DNA of 62,902 nt, counting the filler, from Klebsormidium nitens (lineage: Eukaryota; Plantae; Klebsormidiophyceae), in assembly GCA_000708835.1 (NCBI GenBank). It is 7 parts of 7 records of this genome, joined end to end, with 100 filler letters (N's around TTAATTAATTAA, not from the genome) between each part and the next. Parts side by side here need not be neighbours in the genome. Positions count along the whole stretch, not along the records: positions 1 to 9,314 come from DF238202.1; positions 9,415 to 36,434 come from DF237816.1; 5 more parts are not named here. One strand, given 5' to 3'. This document shows positions 1 to 12,236 of this stretch, in pieces; the first letter of the stretch is position 1; the number at the start of each line of letters is the position of its first letter. The notes under the pieces are model-generated. The model searched no databases and had not been told where the DNA came from. It was given only the letters and a program-made list of their open reading frames with translations. The translations under genes and the position numbers were made by a program.

Positions 1-2262
1 CTAAGGGCGTTAATACATGAGAAGTTACCATCGATGCATCTATAGCTGCTTTCTTATAATTATTTAGCTATAGAACGTCGAATGTGCATGGCTATGGACT
101 TGAGCACGGTCAACATTAATACAGGGCAAACTTAGCCATGCAAAACTAATTGGAGTGCTAGCTTGCTATATTAGACGCGGTCAGGTTCAAAAGACAGTCA
201 AATTGGGATCCTCTAAATCTAATGTATACCGGTGCTGTCAAACAACGCTATCCATGTCATGATTGATTGCACTTCGTCTAGTGATGGCCTTGGCGTGCTC
301 GAGCAATCAAAAATGTCATTGCATGGACAAGTCATACTCAGTATATAGGTGGGCTGCTCACCGGGGCAATGTCAACATTTGCTCTCAAAGTTTTTGAGTA
401 TTGTAGCCAGTCGGGAGGCAAAGGAGATTAAACCTGATATCCAAGACTTTGAAAAGGTGGGATGTAGAACATGTATCAAATCTGCTTATACTGAATGTTG
501 TTCCGTTATGTATGATCATGGTGTGCATTTAGCCGGCATGTTTCCAAACATATTAGCGGTGGATTCAAAATCCCAAGGTATTCCTGCTGGCTGACTGTCA
601 TGCTTGAATCTGCCCCGAACAGCCAGATTATGGCACATACAATCAGTATACTGTCGCGTAAGCAACATTGAAGCTTGCTGCACATCTCCGCAAAGAAAAC
701 AACAATAAGATGGAATGAAAAGCTCAAAAGTTGCTTGCCAGCTTGTAGACACCTTACTGCCTAATCAGGAAAGACACAGAGTACCCTCCATCATCACAAC
801 AGCACCTGTCCGCTTTCAAACCATCCCCAACAATGTGCTTGTGCTGTAGGTTTAAGCAAACAAGGCTCACGAAATTCAAATGCAGTATCTTACAACCTCT
901 GATTCACCATTGAAACAAATAACGGTACTCGTGCAGAACCTTGCAAAGGCCGCATGGGGATAGGTGCGGGTAAAAGTTGAAAAGCAAATTGCATGCGGCA
1001 AAAATGGCACCCTTGCTGAAGGACTGAAGAAGTAACAGGGGTGACTTCTAGAAGCATCGCCTCAGTTCATCATTGAGGAACAATCTGAATGTTTAAGTGT
1101 TCTTCATCTTGATACATGTCAGCAAGCTCCAGCGATGGAGAGAGAGTGTATCCTTGTGCAAGGACCAAACATTCTGAAAAGATGGTGACACAAACGACCG
1201 GACAGAAGGGACTCCTTCACACAGAGAAATAGAGCAAGAAAGGAACTTTAACTCCCATGATGTTGACCAAAAAAGCAAAGGAAAGCAAAGCAGAAGGGAT
1301 TACTCATTTATTTCATATTCCAGAAACTGCCAAAAGCCCTCCTGCAAAGTTTTCCTTAGGAAGGAGAGCAGCGGCAGCAGCCAACTTAGATCCACATGAA
1401 AGGCTTCCACTGGCAGAGCGACATGAGCAGCCACTGATCCTGTATCCAAGACTGTGATGGGACAACCGAGCAAACACTGGGTTCCCATTCAAACACTGCT
1501 TTTTTCGATGCAGTATCCTGTAAAGTCTGAGCGGCTTGCTACAAGATACGTTAACCCCTAAAACAAAAGTGTATGCAGACAAACTCTGCAGAAGAGCAAC
1601 TTGCATCCCAAGACTGCTGTTCCAGTCTGTCTTGCCCACATCCTCTCTTCAAATGCTAGTCATAGAGAACGTTGAACCCCATTCTTGCACGTGTGGTAAA
1701 GGTGGGCAGGCAAGTTGCCTAATTATCTTTTGGGATGCAACAATGCAGCAGAGTGCCAGCACACAACCCCTTAATAGTCCATCTTGATATGCTAGAGATT
1801 GTCGTCCAGTCCATCTTTGAGAATGGAGAGATTGATTGGCGCTAGCGGAAGCATCGGCAAAAACCATGTCCAGGGGTTGCGGTTGGATCAAAACCTTGGA
1901 TCCAGAATCATACCTGTTGCCTTCTAAATCATCAGATCCAACAGCATCAAGATGGTTTAATTGAAAATGAGGAGAGCTCCAATGTCCGGCTAAGAGAACA
2001 GGTCAGTGTCTCGGAGGTTATTCTACACAATGTAGTGACACAGTCGAGTCTGATTCCTTGATGATGGCAGTTCTTGTCCTCCTAAATATCTAGCAAGTAC
2101 ACTCTTCAACCCCATTGTTCCTACCTCAAGAGTTTTCCTTGCTCTTTCATGCTCCCTGCGCCACCCAATGCCCCTTCCTCAGCCCCATAGGCAGCCCATC
2201 CCACACCTTTGAAGAAATCTTAAATGAAGTCACCGCCACTTTGTAGCTTGCAATGTGCAGGC

Positions 2263-2640
2263 CTACTCCGACTCTTCAAGAGCAGCCTCAACTCTTAGCA
2301 GCAAAAACCCGACTGCAATGCCTGTCAGAACAAGTCCGCTAATGATGGGAATGATAGGGAACATCTCAGCAGCGATGTCTGCCTTTGTTTGAAGGGCGCC
2401 ACCCTTGGCCTGAGAAGAAACTTTCCTAGCGCTGGCTGTCGCCTGAGCGAACTGCTGGTTCACTGACTTCTGCTCTGCAAGTGCAGAAACCCCCCGCGAC
2501 TGCATTTTCAACCCTCCATACTGGCTAAAGGACACTGGCACCTTCGCCACGGGCGTCGAGGCCTTGGTGGTCCTGGAAGAGGCAGCCGAGGCAATGGCTG
2601 CCGGCACAACCACAGAGCAAGCAGCGACAGCGGAAGCCAT
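2263..2640 (-). CDS. petM: Cytochrome b6f complex subunit 7 (PetM) precursor with chloroplast transit peptide; single exon
   Basis: 125-aa ORF: Ala/Ser-rich transit peptide followed by AAEMFPIIPIISGLVLTGIAVGFLLLRVEAALEESE, which matches the plant PetM single-TM pattern (xxEIFxxAxxxxxLxLVGxAxGFxLLRxE). Confidence 0.9.
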   Translation of the reverse strand: MASAVAACSVVVPAAIASAASSRTTKASTPVAKVPVSFSQYGGLKMQSRGVSALAEQKSVNQQFAQATASARKVSSQAKGGALQTKADIAAEMFPIIPIISGLVLTGIAVGFLLLRVEAALEESE

Positions 2641-3389
2641 TGCAGATGAGGTTCAGGGAGATGCACCAACGGCAAGATGCAGCTCCGTCTTTGCGTGTGG
2701 ATTCAAAAGCGCCTCTCAAAATCAAGCGCCAGCGGTGAATTTCAGCTTGCTTCTTTTTGCTTCTTGTTCTCACCAGCTGGGTACTTTGCTCTCCGGTAAC
2801 GTACAGGGTGTTTCACAAGACTACTCCAACCCCAATGTACAAAAGTACCCAAGTCGAAGCAGCACACCCACGAAGAGAAGAGGACGGGTGGTGGTGTCTT
2901 ATCCGCGAGACATTTCATCTGAGCCGTTCGTGGACTCTTCGTCCACTGTAGCCCGTTCGATGCGAACATATCTCAACCCATACTAATCTTGTGCGGATGT
3001 TGGCGACAGCAAAAGGTACTCGAAGCGGACGCTCCACCCAGAGTCATGCACTTTCGTCGCCCGAGAGGGCCATGCAGCGACGATTTGTCAGACACGGCTG
3101 TGAAATGGTCGCCGCCGGCAAACTTACAAGTGTTCGCAGACGATGGCAGATACCTGAGATAGCAAATTGCAGACGGACCGCGGGATCGTGCTTCATTCCT
3201 GGTTGTTGAGGCTCTACTTAAAGCGGACGGAGGCTGCATGGAGCGACAGCTTTGATCTGAACACCCTTTTGTAGGCTAGGTATCCGTAGGTTGTGGATCT
3301 GAGGAAGCTAGACTGAACTTCTCCTCTTGGAAAACACTAAATTCGTTTCTTGCACATTTTTTTTGCCCCGAAAGGCAGCCTGATTAAGC

Positions 3390-6300
3390 ATGGAGGCGTA
3401 CAAGCGTGCCAGAATGGTCATCTCTGCAACAGAGGACAACGATGAGGTCACGCCCGTCTACAGGCTGGATGAGATATGTGATGTGTGCAGGAGCTCGCCG
3501 CCGGATGTTGTCAAGGACATTGTCGACCATGTCATGAGGCGTCTAGACCACCGGAGCCCTTACGTGAAGCAGAAGGTGATGATACAAATTTCTCTCATGA
3601 TCACTGAGATGACAAGCTGTAGTTGTCTTGTAGGGTTTTTATCTGCATGCCAGCACAATCAAGTTCTGATGCAAGTTGAGCTCATAACATCTGACCGCCG
3701 ATATCAACCTTCAGCTCAGCTTTCTGAAAGCTTGAATCTTCCGTCTGGCCTCAGCACTTTTCCGCTTTTGGAATTGATCAGCTGCAATCAGTCCTGAAGG
3801 TGTATGTTTGAGCTGCTTCTTGGTGAAGGATATGTAGTGTCAAATCATCCCCGGGGTTTCTGGTTTCAAATCCTCATTCAGTTGCAAACCTATCTTAGCT
3901 CCAATTTTAGATCTATTTATGCATAGACGAGTATGCGTACGATTCCTGCTGTAGGATTTGTACAGCTTCGACATTGAGGTCTTTGGCGCGCTTGTGCGAT
4001 CCACATTCCAGCTTTGTGGAACTTTGCAGAGCGCTTTTCCACAGGATGCTGTGTGCATGTTACAACACTGCAGAAGAAAAACTTCGCTGAAATCCTCTCT
4101 CTCCGCCAGGTCCAGGCTTTATGTCAGCTTTCATTCGGCTATCATTCTGTGTTCTTGTGGAATCAGGTGCACAGTGAAGTGACCAGCCTCTCAGAAATCG
4201 ATGAAGATGGACGTGCATAAACTTTGAAACCCATGACAAGGCTGCAAGCCAACTGTCTATTCCACTTTTCTCAGGCCCTGCGCCTGATCAAATTCGCCTC
4301 TGGCCGAGCTGGGCCCGATTTCAAGCGCGACATCCAACGCCACTCCGGCACCATCCGTGGCCTCTTCCACTACAAGGGTCAGCCGGACCCCCTGAAAGGT
4401 GACGCCCCGAACAAGGCCGTACGGGACATGGCGCACGAGACAGTGCAAGCGATGTTTAGCACCGAGGCCCCTCCGTCGGGGGGGCCAGCCGCGTACTCCC
4501 ACAAAAAGATGGAAGGTTTCGGGAGTACTGGAAGCCGGGATCCGGGAGCGGACTCCGGCAGGGGCGCAGGGTTCACGGGGATGATCTCAGCGGGGATGAA
4601 GGAGCTGGAGACGGCAGTGATGGCCAAAGGGGGGCTGAAAGATATGGTCAACAGCGCAGTGGGCCAGTACACGGGGCGTGGCTCCAGGAAGTCGTTTCTG
4701 TCTGATGAGAACGACAGGGGGTCATTTCGCCCCCCCCGCGAGAACGAGGGGTCGTACGGTGGGGGCGGGGGCGAGTCTTGGCGAGGAGGTGGGGGCAGGG
4801 GGTACTCCGGTGGGAGTTCAGGGTTTGGCGGTGAGTATGGCCGAAGTAACGGAGATTATAGCCGCAGCAACGGGAGCTTTGGTCGAGGGGGGAGCGCAGA
4901 CGTGTGGACGAACGAGAGAGCCGATGACGATGGGGCGGGTGATGACGTCAGCAATGCCAGAGAGATCGAGACGACTTCTTCGGCGGCGGCAGGGTCTGAG
5001 GAGGAGAGGCTCGTGGAGGGGATTACAGCCCCTGGCGGGGTGCGCCCTGCGCCGACGAGGGAGGCGCTTCAAAGTTTCATGAATTCTGCGGCGACATTGG
5101 ATGGACGGGCGATTGCGGGGAGTCTGGAGGGGAAGCTCCGAAGTCAGAGGTGGCAGGTGAGAGACAGTCAATGCACCTTGCTGACCGCAAGGGGCTGAAT
5201 TGTTTCGCAGAAGCTTCTTTGCTCCTTAATGTGGCTGAGGGAGATCGCTGATCCGAATAATCCCCTCTACAAACCTTTGCCATAATGCTCTTAACACTGA
5301 TCCTATTTTGCAGCACTCGATGGTCACCGTGCTTCTTGGTATGGGAGGGCTGTGCATTTCCGCTTGCACCTTGAAACACCACGGTTCTGACATTGCCTGC
5401 TCGCTTTCACAGCGTTCAAAGGCTTCGCCCCGGTCTCTGCTCCAATTGTTGTATTTCGAATATTGTGATCTAGGTGCGGTTTCGGGCCCTCTGCGTCATT
5501 GAGGCTCTCCAGCGCCATGAAGGGGGCGGCGGTGTTGCAGCAGTGACGGAGCACTTCCAAGCGCAGCCAGGTGCGGTGACGAAAAACCTGGACAGCCCCC
5601 AGGCGTCCGTCCGTGAGAAGGCAAAGAAGGTGGGGCCAGCCATCATGTCTCGGCACTTGCGCTCTTGCAAATCGCATCTGCTATATTGGAACTGGTTGGT
5701 GCACTCCCGAAACTCTTGCAGGGCCTCTCGCCACCTCCGATCTAAGAAAGTTCGCGCGCTGTTCCTCATCGAGAGATGCACCCGGAGTTGGTCGACCCTT
5801 TCTCTCTGATTGGCCATCTTCGACATTTTTAGATTGCAAGACTAACTTCGCCCTTTCGGGCGTGGGATTGTGGACCTTTGTTTGATCTCGAAACCGATTT
5901 GCATTCGCGTTCCGCTTCTGCTCCGCCTTTCCTTCACTAGAAAGCGAACGCCACCAGTCCATCTCCATTGCGACTTCTTTGAACGACGTAGTGAAACCCG
6001 TATTGGGCTTGTAGCCGGAGAATTCCTGACCATCTACGTGCTTTGATCGCACTGAGATTGTCCTCATATCTAGGCAGTCTTAACCAATCAGCAATTGTAA
6101 CAGGACGACATGCCACCGCTCCAATCTGATTTACCTTTGAAATGCAGATCTTGGTCAACTTTGGTCTAGACAACTCTGCCGCTCCCGCTGCCCCCGCCGC
6201 CTCCAGTCCAGTCGCAAAACCGGCTCCTGTAGCAGACCTTCTCAATGTCAACGAACCCGATCTGCTGGGCGCTAGCAGCAGTACGCCTGCCGAACCCCCA

Positions 6301-7463
6301 AAACCCCAAGACCCCGCACCTTCCGCCGACCTTCTAGGAGACGATCTGTGGTCCGCTCCCCAGACTAGTGCCCCCCCTCCAGAGCGCCAAGCTTCGGGCA
6401 GCGACCTTTTTAGTGGGCTGACTGTGGGCTCGAGTGAGGCAGCCCAGAAGCCCGGGGGTGGAGACTCGTCCGAGCTCTTTGCCGGGATGAATCTTGAGTC
6501 GGGGGGGCCTGCACCAGCCGCGAGCGTCCCCCCTGTCAGCGAAGATCCCTTTGGCCTTTCCGCGCCGGCTGCCAACGGCGGGAAGGATTCTTTGAGCGAC
6601 TTGCTGGGGGGCTTGTCAGTGGCGCCACCGCAGAGTGCCACCGTGCCTCCTTCCCAGGGGGTCAAGTCGCCCCCCAGAGCAGCCCCCCAGGCTAAGCAGC
6701 CGCTCCCCCCCATGCCTATGCCAGGCTTTGAGAGCGCTCAGTGGCAGCAGCCGCAGGGTTTGCAGGGTATGCACCCGCCTCAGGGGGTGCCAGCCACGGC
6801 GTTTATGCCCCCCCAGCAGATGGGTTTCCAGCAAATGACGCCCCAACAAATGCAACAAATGCAGATGGCGTATTTACACCAGATGCAACAGCGGGGCATG
6901 GGCATGCCCGGGATGATGCCATTCTCCGGGGCCCAGCCAGGTTACAGCCCGGGTTTCCAGGCTGGGTTTGGAGGGTTGACCCCGCAGCCGCAGCCGGCGC
7001 ACGGGATGCCGCAGAATGGGGCGCACTTCGGAGGGGGGTTTGGCGGAGGCTTGCAACCAAGCGGGGGGTCTTTGGGCGGAAGCACATTCAGTTCGCTCGG
7101 GGCAGGGGGGTCGGGAGACTTGTTTCAGAACGCCGGAATCGCGCATTCGCAAGAGAACAAGGCCGAGACCAAGGCGTTTGACTTCATTGCGGTAAGTATG
7201 GTCAACTCACGAGTGAGGAAGTTGCGCTGCTTTGCTTGGCAGCCCGGCGAATGGCGAAGTTTCTCGCTGGCTGGGCAGAGGAATTCCACGTCATTGACTG
7301 CATTCGACGCATGGGGCTCTTCCATTACGATGTTGCTTGATGAATTAGTCTTGAAGTTAGCTCACGGCTTCGAGCAACATCTGGTTGCAAGCGTCCAATC
7401 TGTCTATCGTCGTTTTTGTAGGATCAATTGAAAACGGCAAAACCTGGAAAGAGCATGCGGTGA
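3390..7463 (+). CDS. MTV1: ENTH/VHS-domain AP-4 accessory protein (tepsin / MTV1-like); exons 3390-3575, 4275-5156, 5474-5629, 6148-7191, 7422-7463
   Basis: N-terminal ENTH (ATEDNDEVTPVYRLDEIC...SPYVKQK/ALRLIKF...DPLKGDAPNKAVRDMAHE), second VHS-like repeat (WQ/VRFRALCVIEA...QASVREKAKK), Pro/Gln-rich tail ending KAFDFIA/DQLKTAK. All four introns are GT-AG with matching phase 0. Confidence 0.85.
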
Positions 7464-9314
7464 CCTGATGCGAGGAGGGGAAAGGTTGTAGCTCGAGGGC
7501 TACCGATCCAGCAAAGCTCACGTATGTGCATCTTCTGTATCCATCAAAGTCTGATATGCTGTTGACTCCACTCTACTCGTTGTAAGTTTTTCACCAGAGA
7601 CTCTCGTGCAAAGTGCGGCGCAAACTTCCTCAAATCTCAACGCCTCCCCAAAGTGGTAGGAATAATGGAGAGAGGTCAAATCTTTCTTGCTTTACGAAAA
7701 TTCCAAACTAGTTGTAGCATTTCCTGATTCTGAGCAAAGCTTCATCACACAGAGCGTGCATGTTGGACCACGAATATCGTGAATCTTCGGATTCTGGCTG
7801 CCGCTCGTGAAGATGTTCCTACATGCCAGCCGAAAAAGCAAAGATGTTGGCAGAGGATCCGTTTTATACAAAACATCATGTTGCTACGTGCTCATACAAC
7901 ATGTCGTTGTGCGAACCGGATCGAGATGCATCTTTGAGAATCCTGTTCAGAACGTTACGCCAATGACATGCATCTTCGTTGCCATAGGATTAAAGAAATC
8001 CACTGTCGGCGGACGCTTGCATCATGATTATCTGTGGCAGGTATATCAATTTGACCAACTCGACTTGTGTTCAATACATGTAACTGTCAATACGTGTACC
8101 AACTTTGACTTGGACTTTCATGCTAGTAGTCGTGCCAGGTGCTGGGAGTCCAGGTCCTCAGTCCACCTTGCGTCAACCATATGCGTATAATCATTACTCG
8201 GCTGAGTTGGCCCGGCCAAGATCGCGCGTTTTGCGGAAATCCTGCCTTTGAGGACCTGATACTTCAACACGTGGATACTCGACGAAACATGTGGATCAGG
8301 CAAGTCCATGTCAGCAAAAGCTTCCTATCCAAAATCTCTGCACAACTAACCATCTGAAATCCGGCATAAAATCGGCCAATGCCGAGCCGCCACGTGCCCC
8401 CCTCTTCGTTTCTGCTGGTGCCCTTGAGATTCCGCTACGGGGTCTCTCCGACCGGGTCTGTTCCCGAGTGGGACATTTTGAGGGCAAGGAAACGTAGGGC
8501 CCGGTACTTATGCGCATATTTTTGGCCATTCGTGTACGCATTTTCGACCTTCTCGACCAGACTCAGCCTCGACTGCAGCGGACTGCGGGCGTAGAACATC
8601 CAAGTCGGCGAAGGCAAATTCTCACTCTATAATTCCATATGCCTTCGGCAACAGAACGCCAGTGCGACCCGGGTTGCAGCGCTTAAAGCCTGGACCCATG
8701 GCTTTAGAGAGAAATTTCAAATGAGTGCATGGTCGGTTGATCGATGGATTGAATCGGCAGTATGTTACTATCCCAGCCTTTTGACGGACCCTCATGTGCC
8801 TTATGATGGAAACCCCTGCAAAAGGGCAGATGTACGTGAAAATGCTTATTCAATCACCGTTCTTTCTCCGTTGATCGAGACGTTCTGGAAAGTACATGTA
8901 CATTCCAGCCGGGGAACAAATATCCAACGTGTTTTTTCAAGTCAAGAGCTCCATTGGGTGGTGTACCACATTAGGACTTGCATGATCTTCCTTCAAGATT
9001 GGATTTGCTACTGAAGGGACCGACATATGAAGTGCTATCAATGAGTGCCATACTTCTATGCTTACGAAGCCATTTGGGCGCAGATGCGCAACGTTGAGTA
9101 ATAAGTGTTAATACTTTTAGCTTGAAGCCAGTATGCAACGCTCTACAATCGAAGCATTGGAAGGAGTGCTTGGCAAATGATATCCGTCCATAGCGAGAAA
9201 AGTGAGTAATTGAGCAGCGTCAAGTCGCGTTTCGCAGCACTTGTTACAACACCGAGGCCTCTCTTCTTGGCTCGTCATGCAATATCACGTAGGTGTCACA
9301 TGCCCATTTTGGGT

Positions 9315-9414
9315 NNNNNNNNNNNNNNNNNNNNNNNNNNNNNNNNNNNNNNNNNNNNTTAATTAATTAANNNNNNNNNNNNNNNNNNNNNNNNNNNNNN
9401 NNNNNNNNNNNNNN
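9315..9414. other. Artificial contig spacer (N44-TTAATTAATTAA-N44); same spacer at 36435-36534, 45309-45408, 49758-49857, 57436-57535, 60652-60751
   Basis: Six identical 100-nt blocks, each with a six-frame stop core flanked by Ns. Confidence 0.95.
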
Positions 9415-10891
9415 CACCACCATAGTCACAGTCCGGCGGTCGGTTGGCAGTCTGCCGATCGTACGTTCCGTTTCCACTGCCAAACTTTATCATATGCATT
9501 TAATAAATGCTATAATAATCCAGAAATTGATTGGATTTCCGTTGTTCCGCTGCCGACAAGGACACCGGATTCCGACTTAAAATCTCCCCTGTGGTCAAGA
9601 TTAGCGGGCCCCTATGTTCATTTATGGTCGCGGCACGGGAGGGTGTTAACACAGAAAAAAAATCCGGAGACACTAATATAATAGTGTACTTTGTCCTACT
9701 TGCCCCACTGCCCTCCCTGCCCTCCGGTTCCGTCCAACCGGTACACTCGCGAAACAACAACGTACACCACAGACTTCAAGGTACGTACCGTCGTTGAACG
9801 ACCTTTTCAAACCAAGAAATTAGTTCTGGCTTTGTGTAAAATTTTGCCAGATTATTGGAGCAAAGATTTTCCTGGTTAAGGCTTGGATTGACAACAACAC
9901 GGTATATAATACAAGGGTCTTAATCAGGGGTTAATGGGTTTGTGTGAAATGAAAAACGTGATTAACTACGTGTTGAAAAGGAGATGGTGTGAAAAGGTCA
10001 TGCGACTCGGTAGAAGGCCTACCGTACGGTACTCACTGCTCAGCTTCAAGGTTCCGCGTCGACCGAAAACTGCTGGGCTCACAACAGCAGTCGGCACAGG
10101 GGTCGGCACAGGTTTTTAGCTCGCCCATATTTATATGGGGCGAGCTGTAGCGGTCATCCGGATGTGGGGTCCGTCTGGCATTTTATTTCGCTGTACGACG
10201 TCACCGTGTTTAGGTGGTTAAATTCGCCGGTGGCGTCATACTGTGTATTTTCGAAAAGTTTAGGATTCTGTGAAATCCACTGTGAGTAAGGCCTTAATGT
10301 ACAGCAAAATCCTACCAACGAGAACCAAAAGATCTAATGAGCCCGTTCCTCGTCATACGACATAATCCAACGCCGTGTTTTTGCGGTTTTTTCGGGAAAG
10401 GGCAAACCAACTTGAGATTTTTCCTTAAGCTCCTTTTTTCACCTTTGAATCGTGTTAAGGTCTAACGTGCCAGTTTAACCCATTTTTCCCGGCGGTGCCG
10501 GGACGCACGACAATTTCCGTTTGGCCGCGTTTGGCCTGATTTTAGCAGTACATCGGAAACTGCTGCGTGGGGTATTGCTCCGGTCAGCTCTGAGATGAGA
10601 ATTGCTACCATACTTTAGACCGGGGCGCCCTCCCACCCACCCAAACGCAAGAGTCTCATATGATGTGACTAGAAACTCTTCAGATCTTTGGTTTTAGTGC
10701 AACCTAAAATGCTCAATATTGTACCGGGGCCCGCACGGGAATCAATCTTGCCCTCCCACCCGCCCCACGCAAGCGAATCGGGGCGCCCTCCCACCCACCC
10801 TCATTAAAGCTTTTCTATTTTATAATGCTTTCTATAAAGAGGCGAGCTGCTAAATCCGCCGAAGGCGGATTGTGTCGTCCTAGTTGGAAAT

Positions 10892-11066
10892 GTCGGCTCA
10901 AAGCCGACTGCCTCCCAAATTCATCGGCTTCTTGCTTGGATTTTTGGGTACTTGTCGGCTTTTGGCAGAGGGCCCTGCCTCTGGTGTCGGCTTTCGAGCC
11001 GGGTACTTTTCAATTTTGTCGGCTTTTCCCAAAATCTTGTGTCCTGGGGTTCACTGTTAGTCGGCT
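10892..11066. repeat. Phased array of GTCGGCT (= AGCCGAC, DRE/CRT-core-like) motifs
   Basis: Copies at 10892, 10923 (ATCGGCT variant), 10954, 10986, 11018 and 11060; spacings 31, 31, 32, 32, 42 nt. Confidence 0.75.
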
Positions 11067-11394
11067 TATGCCGACCCCTGGAAGCCTCTCGAGTCACAAG
11101 CTTTGCATCTCCGATCCGCGTACAGCTTTGTACACTGCCTCTCTAGCAAAATTTTGTACCAGGTCTGTATTTCTCATGCCACGTGATCGATCGAAGGGTT
11201 CTCATTGGTCCGAAGGACCGGAGATGAGCGCTCAGACATTTCGGTCGACGCAAAACCTGTCGCGATGTGGCATCTGCAGGCTCCGAGATTTTCTGGAGTC
11301 TGCAAACCAGCCCTGAGCAGTCTGCCAGTGACTGCAATATTGTGCATTGCTGCTTGCATGCATGCATTGAATTTTGATGCAACCGCCTGTTGCC

Positions 11395-11752
11395 GTACCA
11401 GGTAGGGTACGTTGCTACGTGTACGGTTTAGGCACTACCGCAGATATATGTATACGGTATGTACTATGTACCGATATCTGGAGGTTCTTCCATGCAGTGA
11501 ATTGGTAGAGCAGACTGCCGTACCTACTGTCAGTATACCGGTACCCGTACTGTGGGTATGTACCGTACCGGTCCTGCTTCAAGCCTTGAAGGCTCATAAG
11601 GTACCGTGGTCCGCATAACATGTAGGTAGGTAGGTACCGGGCGCTCAAGTGGCTGACCTTTGGGCTCTCGAGTTGAATACGGTATGGTGTGTACGACGAG
11701 GTACGGTACCCAAGGGCCAAGAAGGATTGAAGCCTCCAGGTTTGTACCGTAC
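11395..11752. repeat. GTAC-dense segment
   Basis: 17 GTAC tetramers counted in ~360 nt, against 1-2 expected by chance. Confidence 0.8.
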
Positions 11753-11781
11753 GATAGATTTACCGTATTGAATACCAGTAT

Positions 11782-12236
11782 GGCCCTCTTCCATCTAGCG
11801 GTCGGTCTTCCTTTCCTAAATTCCCATTGGCCAAAACCCCCTTTTAATACGGAGAACCGGTCTTACACTGAGCGGTCTTCCGAAAACTTCCGTGCCACGT
11901 CGGCGGTCAAGAAGTATTTATTTTACTACCGCTGGATTCCGCCGGTACTGAAATAATCCCACCGGTCTTCCGAATTGATCGGTGAACTCGGCCAATGAGA
12001 AGGCGGCGCGCACCGTGGGGGCTCGAAACCCAATGATTGAGTACAAGTCTGCACTGGTGTTTCCCTTTTCAACACGAAGACCGACCGGAAGAAGGACCGG
12101 AGACCTCTTCCATTGAGTAGCGGTCGGTCTTCAATCTTCTAAATTCCTATTGGCCAGCTTCACATTCCTCCGGTCTTTCTAGCTGGTCTTCCATTTTTGA
12201 ATTCACGAAGACCGACCGCTAGATGGAAGAGGGGCC
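11782..12236. mobile_element. MITE (~455 bp) with 27-bp perfect TIR core and 3-bp TAT target-site duplication; possibly PIF/Harbinger (Tourist)-like
   Basis: CCCTCTTCCATCTAGCGGTCGGTCTTC (11784-11810) is the exact reverse complement of 12207-12233. Ends are GGCC...GGCC, flanked by TAT on both sides. An internal copy of the left end lies near 12105-12155. Confidence 0.75.

Noticed and set aside
349-2200. Short ORFs and possible minus-strand exons downstream of petM
   Set aside because: No recognisable domain and no phase-consistent exon chain could be built.
4257-7181. Long alternative-frame and antisense ORFs over GC-rich exons (also at 35030-35910, 38566-40323, 58139-61822)
   Set aside because: Shadow ORFs expected from high GC3 in the real coding frames.
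10111-10146. Hairpin as an intrinsic terminator
   Set aside because: Eukaryotic context, and the T-tract precedes rather than follows the stem.
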